Part shown: piece after piece, positions 1-10,299 of the stretch
Layout: each line of letters opens with the position of its first letter
How positions within the stretch are numbered: the first letter of the stretch is position 1
From: Azolla caroliniana
Lineage: Eukaryota > Plantae > Polypodiophyta
DNA: 64,000 bases
Direction of reading: 5' to 3'
NCBI GenBank assembly: GCA_043228905.1
Contig: JBHGNT010000016.1
Location: forward strand, 5,642,001 to 5,706,000
Made by a program: the position numbers and the translations under genes
Notes under the pieces: model-generated
What the model was told of the DNA's origin: nothing
Database searches by the model: none
What the model saw: the letters and a program-made list of their open reading frames with translations, nothing else

Positions 1-150
1 CTTCAAGAGGCTGAAGAGCTTCTTCAAATCCTTCCGGTTCTACCTAGTGCAACTAGTCAGACATCGTTGCTGACAGCATGCAAAATCCATAGTAATTTAC
101 GTGTCGGATTTGGATGCTATGGAGACCCCCTTGCGCAGTCAATAAGATGA
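1..150 (+). CDS. 3' end of a PLS-class PPR protein gene (final motif plus E1-like motif; gene starts left of the window)
   Basis: Frame 1 translates to LQEAEELLQILPVLPSATSQTSLLTACKIHSNLRVGFGCYGDPLAQSIR*, matching the PPR consensus 'L.EA..LI..MP..P....W.SLL.AC+.H.N'; TGA at 148-150. No DYW follows. Confidence 0.75.
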   Translation, partial: LQEAEELLQILPVLPSATSQTSLLTACKIHSNLRVGFGCYGDPLAQSIR

Positions 151-284
151 CATGAAAGAAACATGCTTTTTAGATGAATCTTGAAACAAGGACATCTCTG
201 GAGATCTTGCCTAAAATCCGTTGCATTTCATCAAGTAATAATGCTTTTGCATCAAACTATGGATTACATGGTTGGAAAGCACCT

Positions 285-752
285 GACTAGAAAAGCATAG
301 TCACAATCATGTGCATTGGGTAGCAAAGTATGTGAGAAAATCAAGTCGATGAACTGCAAATCATATAACTCGTGGGCTCTCTTCTCTGACTAGAAGCATA
401 GTCACAACCATGCACATCTAGTGTCAAAAATTTGACAAGATCAAGATCAAGGGAAATGATTCAATTTCGTATTAACGATTTTTGCCAGACATAAATTTAA
501 GAGTCAGAATGACGAGTGGTTTGCTTGTGTCCACAAAAAAGAGCGCATCTCCACAAGTGAGAAAATCAAATTGATGAACTACAAACCATAGAGCTGGTGG
601 GCTCTTTGACTTGAAGCATGGTCACAATCATGTGCATCTGGTAGCAAAACTGTGACAGTATCAAGATCAAGGGAAATAATTAAATTTCGTAACAACGATT
701 TTCGCCAAACGTAAATCTAAGAGTTGAATGACAAGTGGTTTTGCTCAGACCC
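285..752. repeat. Diverged direct repeat (~225-bp unit, 2 copies plus a partial)
   Basis: gtgagaaaatcaa..gatgaact..agcat.gtcacaa.catg..tcaagatcaagggaaat..aatttcgta..aacgattt..gaatgac.agtggttt occurs at ~332-530 and ~557-750, with a partial copy at ~285-330. Confidence 0.8.
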
Positions 753-1354
753 ATAAAGGCCCACAAGGGAAGTGTCTCCACAGGTTCCACAAACACAAAC
801 TTGTTTTTGGTTGAGAGACTTATTGAGTTCTTCCATTGTGTAGAGCCCTTATTGGTGATGAGTGCGCTCGGCCTATGCACAAGGAAACAAACATTTCACT
901 TGTGGAGAGCTCTGCCTATGCAAAGGGGCACAAAGGGGTGCCTTCATAGGTTCCATGAGGAAACAAACATTTCTCCTGGAGCTCCTTGCCAACAACACCT
1001 TCTTGTTGAGCCAAGTGGAAGATTAAACTCACCGTTGGCTTACTAATTTAACGTATGAGTATATGCTTACAAATAAGCTAAGGTTAAGTTTATTTTCAAG
1101 GAGTTTCATAGATTATGAGGAAGGTGGTTATAATTTCGGTAAGTTACAATAGGCTTTTCACAAATTTAACCAAATTATACAATGTATGAGCCACTTTACA
1201 TAGGGTGAAATGAAATTTAAACTAAGAAATACTTGGGGGGATTTGATTCGAATTATTGATTCTATGATCGATGGCTTTGTTGCCTCGGTCATTGTAGGCC
1301 ACCCTTGCCTCCCTTGTTGCAAAACCGCCAATCAATAATTAGAGATCAATCAAT

Positions 1355-1420
1355 TAGTGGGTTTCAAACCCTTGACCTCTCCAAGGGCAATTATTAGAGA
1401 TCACCGTTTGAGCTAAGCCT
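1355..1420 (-). repeat. tRNA-like (A-box/B-box) module; SINE head or LTR fragment
   Basis: Minus strand: TAGCTCAAACGG (A-box-like, 1415-1404), 33 nt, then GGTTTGAAACCC (B-box-like with C>T, 1370-1359). No intact cloverleaf. Confidence 0.4.
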
Positions 1421-1559
1421 TTGTTGTTGTCTTAACCTAAACCCTAAACCTTTGTTCTTCTTCTTTCCTTTGGTAACCTATTCGACCAAATCTTGACACT
1501 TTCTAAAACTTGCCCTTTTAATGTTTTTCTCCCTTCACACTATTGCATCATGATAATGC

Positions 1560-2580
1560 ATCAAGGAACATTAAGAGATCGTTCGTTTAATAAGTGATAC
1601 ATACATGATCAAACAGAATGTGGAGAATGGAACCCAAATATATGTTATTTATTAAATTCTATACATGTCTTTTAAAATGTAGGCTGCTCTCTTTGGAAGC
1701 ATCTTATATGTTTTAAAGACAATTGCATCAAGAGCATCCTTAAAAGAGTTTGGTTTAAAACCACACCTTTGGCCTTAAAGAGAATCCTAATACAAGCATA
1801 TTACATTAACAACTTAAAGCTTAGTGGGTTTTCAAACAAGAGGAAATCTCTTTAATAATCTCAAGATAAGATTAATCCAAACATCAAGACGGCACAATCC
1901 TTTATTCTAGAGTATTTTCACCATGGATGGTCATGGCACTACTTTCTTATGACTAAATACACATTATGCACATAATTTTATTGAGGTAATACTCGTTACC
2001 ATTATCAATATATTAAGCTGATGATAATTAACACACAATGTGCTAATAATAATATGTTATTTATGTAAAACATGTGTTGCATTTATTCATAAACGATTGC
2101 TTTACACTCGTGATACATGATATCTTATATAGCTTGGGGCCATTGATTAGATGGATTTCATTGAAGAAAATATACGTGATTGAAATACCAAATTGGAAAG
2201 TTGATGAGCATCTAGGTTTAATGGAGAAAGAATTCCCTATTATATTTCTTTAATATTCAAGGGCATGTTTTGATTCAACTTGTTCGAGGAGATCGAAATT
2301 GCATGTGTAGTTAAAACACCCCATCGGGTGTTTAAGGCGGAAAGGTTTATATGTGTGTTTGGCGAGGTTTGTGCACCGAAGATCATGAGTGGAGGGACCG
2401 ATGGCAATGCTATGAAGTCAATGAGTCATAATGAATTGTATGCACCACATCTCCGAGTATTCGCCAAACGTGTGCCAGAGATGCACTTGTCACTTGGGGC
2501 ACATTAGTTGAGGAGGTAAGAAACGATGCTACAGAGGAAGTGTTTCCCGGTGGACCGGCGCATGTCCCGACCTTCACATG
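1560..2580 (+). mobile_element. Degenerate CACTA (En/Spm) TnpD-type transposase remnant
   Basis: With frameshifts, 2221-2415 reads MEKEFP../FFNIQGHVLIQLV/EEIEIACVVKTPHRVFKAERFICV/LARFVHRRS*VEGPMAM, resembling the CACTA motif 'LEK.FPPSFFDI..HL..HLV.E....GPV..RWMY..ER....L...VRNR..PEG.MA'. Weaker upstream matches: DTYMIKQNV (~DVMHIEKNV) and SRASLKEFGLKPHLWP. No termini found; left boundary approximate. Confidence 0.6.
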
Positions 2581-2647
2581 AAGAACAAGAGAATGTGTGG
2601 CGACGTTTTTAGTTTGAATGATTCTGAATGCGTGCTTGCATGCGCTC

Positions 2648-2945
2648 AAAAAGCAAGAAGCAAGAAGCAAAAGCAAAAGCAAGAAGCAAATGCAAAAGCA
2701 AGAAGCAAATGCAAAAGCAAGAAGCAAGAACAAGCACCAAGCAGGAAGCAAGAAGCAAAAAATGAAAAAGTAGGGAACCAAGAATATAAAAGAAGAAGAA
2801 CCAAAAAGCAAAAAGCAAAAGGCAAGAAGAGGAAAGAAGAAAGAAGCAAAAAGCAAAAAGCAAAAAGCAAAAAGCAAAAAGCAAGAATGGAAAACAAGGA
2901 AAAAGCAAAGAATGGCAAAAATCAAAATGCGAACACAAAAAAGAG
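2648..2945. repeat. Purine-rich simple repeat (AAGCAA/AAAAGC)n
   Basis: Low-complexity AAGCAAG/AAAAGC array just upstream of the exonuclease gene; it produces the spurious K-rich and F/L-rich ORFs. Confidence 0.9.
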
Positions 2946-3224
2946 GAGATTTTTCTTGGCTTTTCTTGTGGAGAAGGAGGAAGCGATGGTGATTCACCTT
3001 CTTCTCCTCATGTGCCTACATGGCGACAGGGGATGCCTCTGATAGCCACGGAAGCTCGTCGCTTGCATCGCAGAGCTATTACTAAAAGAGCTCAGATGCT
3101 CACGCCAAACAGTGGAAGCAATGGTCACGCTCCTCCTGCGCAACAGCCATGGAAGGTTCAGATAGAGCATGCTGATTTTCCCATGTGTAGGTTAGGAGGT
3201 TTTTCTTACCCTGCTCCTGTTGCA

Positions 3225-6200
3225 ATGCTTGATCAAACCCAGAAAGGTATTTGAGTTTCTTCTTCTTATTGTTTGTGCTCTTTGTTTCTTAATACTTGAA
3301 GCTTAGGGTTACAATGGTTAGTGTCAGGGATAGATTTTTGGTTTGGAATTAGGACCGAATGGTTAGGTTAGGGTTAAGGCCAGTATGATTAGATTTAGAG
3401 TGAAGGATAGGCTTATGGTTAATTTTAGAGCATTCAGAATTAGTTCCGGAATGGTTAGGGTTAAGATAGAATGGTTAAGTTTAGGTTTAGGGCTAAAATA
3501 ACTAGAGATAGGGCTACAATGATCAGGGTTTAGGATGAGATTAAAATGGTTGGAGTTTGAGCTAGAATGACTAGGGTTAGGACTAAGGTCAGAATAGTGA
3601 GGGTGAGGGTTAGGGTTGCTAAAGTTATTTCCCTAAAAGTATAACCCTTATGGTTAAAGCACCGAGGCATGCTCCCTTTTGAGAAAGATATACTCTCCTG
3701 TTTTCTGCTGGATGTGTGCTTCATCAGTGACAGAATCCAACAATCTCTACTTTCAATTTCAAGATTTGTTTAAGTTAGTTTTAAAATAGTCTGCTTTTTG
3801 AACATCGATTGTCCATCTTAACTCTACACTTAAACCAAAACCAACCCTGACCATCTGTACTACCCTAACAGTAACCATTCTATGCCTAGGTCCTAGCCCT
3901 AAATGTAACCATTCTACCCCTAACCACAACCATTCTTATCCTATACCATAGTCATTCTAACCCTGACCATAACCACGTCCTAAGTTTGGTTCACACATTA
4001 CTATCACCATTTATCAACAAATCCCCCACTCATATATAGGAAGTGCCAAGCTATGAGGAATGATATCAATCCTCAAAAAGTAGTACGCCAAAAGCTTTGC
4101 GAAAAGCTTTAAACTTCTTCCTAAGCAGAGCCTTTGTGCAAAGGTCTCGAACATTATCTTATGTTGTTTTGTATTTCTTGCTTGATATAATGTAATAATA
4201 GTATTGCAAGAATTTTTTGTCCTTTTGCATGAGCGAGTGTAAGGAATAATAGCATGTTTGGTAGTCAGTGCTGTCAATGCAAGTATGTGTACTGTCTGCC
4301 AGCAGGGCCCAGAAGTTGTATTTGCAAGTGTTGGAGGATGTATGCAACACCCTGCACAATGTTTCATAAGCCTTTTGCCACCAATACACGTCTCATCATA
4401 TAATCCTACAATTGGTTGGATCCATCCGTTTATCCATAACAGGCAGCATCTGGAACACATCATTGTTCTCATTCATTGCAAGTGGCTAAGTGATCAAATA
4501 ACCTTATGTGAAAAAGACTATATTTCAAGAGAGATTCAGACAGAAATAGCGAACAGAGTGCAAATACCTGTAGGTGATGACAAGATGCATAGCTCAGATG
4601 TTGACAACGACCTAAAAGCAATGGTGACCTGCTCTGAGCCAACTGTTGGATTCTGTCATTGGAGAAGCACATAGGGAGCAGAAAACATGAGAGTAAATCT
4701 TTCTCAAAAGGAAGCATGCCTCAGTTCCTTAACGATTAGAGTTATACTTTTGTAGTAAGGTAAACAACTCTGAAAGATGTAAAAATAGTTCTAGCTATCT
4801 TAAGCGTGTTCACACACATTATCTGAAATTGTGTTCCCACATCAGTATCACAATATGTCAACCGAGATGATATGTTTATCCTTGTTACAGTTTAGGGTTA
4901 GTTTTAAGCCTGCACAAAACCTGAATTTGGAGTAATTTGCTCCTACTTTATTCCAAATATTACCGTCAAATCTTGAAATTCAAGGTGTCAAATTTCCAAA
5001 TTTGAGAATGTTTACACATTAGGGTTAGGGAAGGGCATGCCACTAAAATGTCCATTCCATGGTTTTATGAACCATTAGAGGGAATAGAGCAAGAAATGGT
5101 AGAAGGAAACATGATAGACAATAAACGGCTGAAAAGTTGCCTTTCCCTTGTGTCTGTGGATCTAGACAAGGGAATGGAACAAGAAATGGTAGAAGGAAAC
5201 ATGATAGAGAATAGACGGCTGAAAATGTCTTTCCCTAGTGTGGCTGCGCCATAAACCCTCTTCCAAGATATAAAATCAAAATAGTATTTGTCTTTCCATG
5301 TCTTAGTAATCGAAGAATTCAGGTTTGTAGATGGTATTTATCTTCTCAATGTATTAGTCTAGATCATGAGAGAATTTGTAAAAAGCTAGAGAATAAAGTT
5401 CTATGCAGCAGAATAGATTAAGTAAGGTATATGTGTGTGTGAGGGAAAAGAGAGATAAACAATACAACCAGGTTAACAAAGACTAAATATTTTAGCGAAA
5501 TGGGGAATGATTATATAACAATAACAATTAAGCAACTATATAACTAAATTATAATCCAGTGTAAATAAACAATAATCAACATTTGATACAAGTGGAGAGG
5601 ATTGGTTTATTTAGGATGTATGTGTAAGTACACATAGTTGTGGCAATCAATTTAATAATGATGGGAGAATGTGTGGAATATCGAAAATATCCACTTCATT
5701 AATGCAAATGCATTTCCCATTTGTTGGATCAGTGGCAGATTTTAGCTTATACAGGATTCAAGTAGTGGTTGTTATTGCAACACAAATTATCTCTCAGATA
5801 TCTTTCATGGTATAAGTTGATGTCTGATAGCTAAATGATTTGTTAGAACTAGTTGGCTAACTCTCGTTAACATATTTATGGGTTGTATAATGCTCTAAAA
5901 AGGTTATTTAATACACTTGTTTGATTTCTATAACCCAGAAAGGATGGCTCGCAATCGGGAGCAAGCACTTTGTCGTTTACACAGTAGGCAGTTCAAGGGG
6001 CGAGCACACTCTGAGACCGCAATATCAACTACTCATTGCAGTGTGAGCCAAACCTCAAGCTTGCCTGATATTGCTAATGCATTGTATACTAAGAAAGATA
6101 GGTATATGCCCTTGGAGGACACAAACGGAATTCAACAAGATTGTAATTTGTTTGGTAATGTGGAGAGTGGACCCAAGGTTAGATCCACTCGAGTAAGTCC

Positions 6201-8283
6201 GACCTGCCAGATGGTGATTGAAACTTCTAATGTCAACCATGAAAGTCAGGATGCTCTGAAGGCACAAGACTTTGACTATGTAGTGGTAATTGATTTTGAA
6301 GCGACTTGTGATAAGGACATGAATGGTCTGAAACCGCAAGAAATAATTGAATTTCCAGCTGTGATTGTGGATTGCCGAAGACTGACATTAGGAGATAGCT
6401 TTCAGACTTATGTTAAGCCAGTTCATCATCCAATCCTGACAGATTTTTGCAGAAACCTTACGGGTATTAACCAAGATCAGGTGCTTGTGTCTTTTGAAGG
6501 GCTGTTTGAAGTCTTTTATTTATTTATTGTGTCTTGCCGTTATTCATTTCTTGTGATTATAGGTGGACAAGGGCATTTCTCTGGCAGAAGCTCTCAATTG
6601 GCATGACAAATGGCTGGAGGATAATGGAGTCAAGGACAAGAAATTTGCAATTTTAATATGGTCAGATTGGGATTGCAAGACTATGTTGGAATCCGAATGC
6701 AAGTTGAAAGGTCTCAATAAGCCACGATATTTCAACAGGTAACAATATAGATAATGTATGCTGACACGAAACCATGTATTTTAGAATGCTGGTATGTTTA
6801 TGATTAGTCAAATGAGGATGTTAAGAAGCGCCAGATATCAGATTGTTTTTTGATTGTGTGTAAGTTGATAAAATCTTCTTCAAATTTTGATATATGCATT
6901 ATTTCTAGAACAATATAGATAATGTATGCTGACACGAAACCATGTATTTTAGAATGCTGGTATGTTTATGATTAGTCAAATTAGGATGTTAAGAAGCACC
7001 AGATATCAGATTGTTTTTGGATTGTGTGTAAGTTGATAAAATCTTCTTCAAATTTTTATAATGCATTATTTCTAGATGGTGAACATTTAAAAAATAATCA
7101 AGATTCATATAACTAATATATGTATGAGATGGTGAAAAATTATGTACAAACCTGACGTTAAGTAGGCAACTCTTAAGATTTTCCTTTGAGTAGGTAGCAA
7201 TACCTTCGTATGTATATATATGTAAATATATTCATTTCATGATTCTTTCTCAACACAATTCTGTGGACTGAAAGAATGTGCTGAAGGCATTTACCTTCAA
7301 GCTTACTTGTAGCACAAATGGAGATTTACATGATACAATATGTGATCAAGTGAATGTTCAGTCTTCCCAAACCTTTTAAGAGGTCATTGTTGTAGAATGC
7401 CCATGATGATGACTATAGCTATAGCTTTCGGTGGAGGAATGGGTTTAAGAATTTGGTGTATGTTTTTTTTAAATATAGCACAAGGCACTAACTAAATTTT
7501 ATTTTTAGTGAGCGTAAAATCTATTGATATATTTGGTTGATGTTTTTTACAGTAGCTCAATGCACTACCTAAAATTTCATTTTAATGGATATAAAATTTA
7601 TTGATATATTTGGTTGATGTTTTTTACAGTAGTTCAATGCATTACCCAAAATTTCATTTTAATGGATGTAAAATCTATTAGCATCATAGGCTAAATTTTT
7701 CTTATTAAGCACTTGCTTATATGTAGCTAATGATGTGTTAAGGTGGATCAACTTAAAAGTTCTATTCCAAAATGTTTTCAATGGGCGAAAATGCAATCTT
7801 CGAAAAGCAGTCGAAGCATCTGGTTTGAAATGGAATGGACGTGCACACTGTGGTCTTGATGATGCTTTGAATACAGCCCGGCTTGCATTGGAGCTCATTC
7901 GCCGAGGCACTAACTTAAGCATTACAGGTTCAATAGATCCCCAACCTATAGCCACAAAGATAAGGCGTCCTGAATGGCCAGGAGTAGTCAACATTCAAGC
8001 AAGTAGTGGAGGAATGTTTGACTGTACAGATGGTAACAATTCTTTAAGAAATGCTACAAGTAGAAATAAGGATCTAACCTCTATTGCTAGCACTAGTGAT
8101 TTGAGCACAAATGGAACATCAAATACTGGAATAGATTCCATGGTGTGCTATTGTGGTGTTCAGTGCAAGCAGCGAATGGTGAAAAAACCGGGACCTACGT
8201 GTGGTAAATTTTTCTTTGCTTGTGGGAGATGGACAATTGCTGATGGTGACCATTGCAGTTTCTTTGAATGGGCTGTATCTTGA
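3225..8283 (+). CDS. ERI2: ERI2-like DEDDh 3'-5' exonuclease with C-terminal GRF zinc finger (4 exons)
   Basis: Exons 3225-3246 (alternative in-frame ATG at 3033), 5939-6480, 6563-6738, 7743-8283; all GT-AG and frame-consistent (426 aa, or 490 aa from 3033). Motifs: ExoI VVIDFEATC, QEIIEFP, ExoII WSDWD, ExoIII HCGLDDA; zf-GRF CYCG..KPGPTCGKFFFACG..HCSFFEW. Exon 1 is less certain than exons 2-4. Confidence 0.88.
3302..3980. repeat. Two inverted, degenerate AGAATGG(TTAGGG)n telomere-like arrays
   Basis: G-rich arm ~3302-3620 (e.g. gaatggttagggttaag, gagggtgagggttagggtt) and C-rich arm ~3830-3980 (e.g. taaccattctacccctaacc, cattctaaccctgacc), inside intron 1 of the exonuclease. Confidence 0.7.
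5076..5250. repeat. Tandem duplication, ~90-bp unit
   Basis: agggaat.ga.caagaaatggtagaaggaaacatgataga.aata.acggctgaaaa occurs twice (~5078 and ~5168). Confidence 0.85.
6741..7075. repeat. Near-identical 168-bp tandem duplication at the start of exonuclease intron 3
   Basis: aacaatatagataatgtatgctgacacgaaacc...atgcattatttctag at 6741-6908 and 6909-7075. Confidence 0.95.
7460..7680. repeat. Three tandem ~78-bp units
   Basis: tgttttttacagtag.tcaatgca.tacc.aaaatttcattttaatggat.taaaat.tattgatatatttggttga repeated. Confidence 0.85.
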
Positions 8284-9585
8284 CGTTTGTTTTTCCTTTA
8301 TGTGATATTAATTTGAGGCATTGTTATGCCAATTCTGGAAATGTAACAAGAAGTAAAATCTGTCATGCTTCATTTGTCACCTACATGGGGAATGTGAGAC
8401 CAAATCATATTGAAACAATTGAGTTTATGTGTGACTGCATGTGAGAATGTGTGATTGCGATGGAGACTATTGGGAATGTGAGAATGTGTGATTGCGATGG
8501 AGACTATTGAGAATGTGAGAATGTGTGACTGCTGTCTATGCAACACACAATTGAGCTACAGATACAATCATCGCACGGTTAATTCTAATGGGAATAACTC
8601 TTTAATTTTAAGGCAACTATCGTTACATGATATATCTCTTTGCAAATTATAGCTGCACAGGTGCATGATCATGCATTTTGAATATGTGCATATTGACTAG
8701 AAGGTTAAGGTATAACCGGTGCTCACACAGGGTAACAATCTTAATACAACTGAATGTCTTAATTGCTTGCTCACTATCAGAATTTTCATTCTCATAGTGG
8801 CTTACGGATATGTTTGGCATAGCCACATAATAGGGCCAAGCAAGGAAAATAAAGTGTTAAGCGCATATATGTTGCTACCATGTGAAATGCATTGCGAACA
8901 TATTATGATGATTTGCCTCCTGATATGTTCATTCGAGCACTCATTATGTCTAGCACATAGGAGGCTATACTTAATAGGTTATTTAATGACGAGTGGATTC
9001 AAAAGGATGGTCAGGAACATATTTACAATGAAGGCACAAACACATCTACTCATAGAATGTAATTGTACTTGGTTGTCACTTATTTTTCTGTTTTGGACAT
9101 TGGGTGGGTTTGCTTTTGCAACATGGTGTATGATGCATCTCTAACACAAATGTGTATGATAAAAAGCAGGTGTATGCTGCATCTCTAATACAAATGTGTA
9201 CCATGTCCACCAGCAATATGATGCAATATTAATGCAGATAAAAGAATCGATGATACTAGAGACCAAAGAAATCAAACTGATTAGTTGTATTTGTTTGCGA
9301 AAGTATTATAAAGATTAATGATAATGACTGATGATATGTACGAGTTCATAAGAAAATCAATGAACGGACTTTTTTCAATAAAAAAGCTGCATCCCTAATA
9401 CAAATCTGTACCATGTACACCAGTAATATAATGTACTAGTAATGCAGATAAAATAATCTCTACAAAGAATGACGATATGTACGAATCAGAGAAATTGATC
9501 TGAATCAATGTATCTGACTGGTAAAATAACCAAAAAACATTTGGAAGGTCATTTGTTTTTAGAGCATAGTCAACCATTGCTTCAT

Positions 9586-9765
9586 CATTTGAATGGTCCT
9601 ATTTTGTACATTACTTCAAGAGCTGTAGGCAAGTGTGGTTTTCTTAATGACAGAAAGTATTTCGCTTCCAGTCTCATTATTTGAATGGTCCTTGATTTGT
9701 ACATTACTTCAAGAGCTGTAGGCAAGTGTGGTTTTCTTAATGACCGAAAGTGTTTAGCTGCCAAT
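9586..9765. repeat. Tandem duplication, ~92-bp unit
   Basis: tttgaatggtcct..tttgtacattacttcaagagctgtaggcaagtgtggttttcttaatgac.gaaagt occurs twice. Confidence 0.9.
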
Positions 9766-10299
9766 CAGTTGCGGATTCCATACAAGTGTTTAGCTCTCAC
9801 AGTCCTCTGTCGGAGCACTTGGTTCTGTCTGCATATTTATAATGTCTCACATTCGCAGGAAGACCAGTCATAAGAATTTAGACCATTTTGGGCATCATAA
9901 TGTGCTTTCAAGTCTTGATCAAGTGTGTGGTTTCAACCACATCTTTCAGCAGATCTGCTCATCATTTTTAGGGCATTATCATATGCTTGACTTGAACCAA
10001 TATATTTAACCAACATTCCCAGGATGGTGATCCTCAACTATCTCACTTTCATCGACCTCATTGAAACCCACCAATGAAAATTTCATCTACAGAATTTAGG
10101 AAGGCTTGTTGTCCATTTTTAGCATTACGGACTTTGCACACCCAAATTCTTAGTATTTATTGCTCCTTTTTCATTGATGTGCTCGTGTCCAAACCCTTTC
10201 CTGCAGCTATTGATCACACCGGGTTCAAATTGGAAGTGTTCTGGACAAATAAGTAGCACAACAACAGGAGAACCTCTTCACCTTAATCAAGTTTCTCTC

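Noticed and set aside
2410-3042. Overlapping K-rich and F/L/C-rich ORFs (up to 195 aa)
   Set aside because: Translations of a stop-free AAGCAA simple repeat; no domain content.
4014-4717. ORFs 4258-4674 (+) and 4014-4472 (-) as extra exons or genes; faint LINE-like words (DPTNCRII, FRKAFG) on the minus strand
   Set aside because: No recognisable domain; exon 1 joins exon 2 in frame without them. The LINE similarity is too weak to call.
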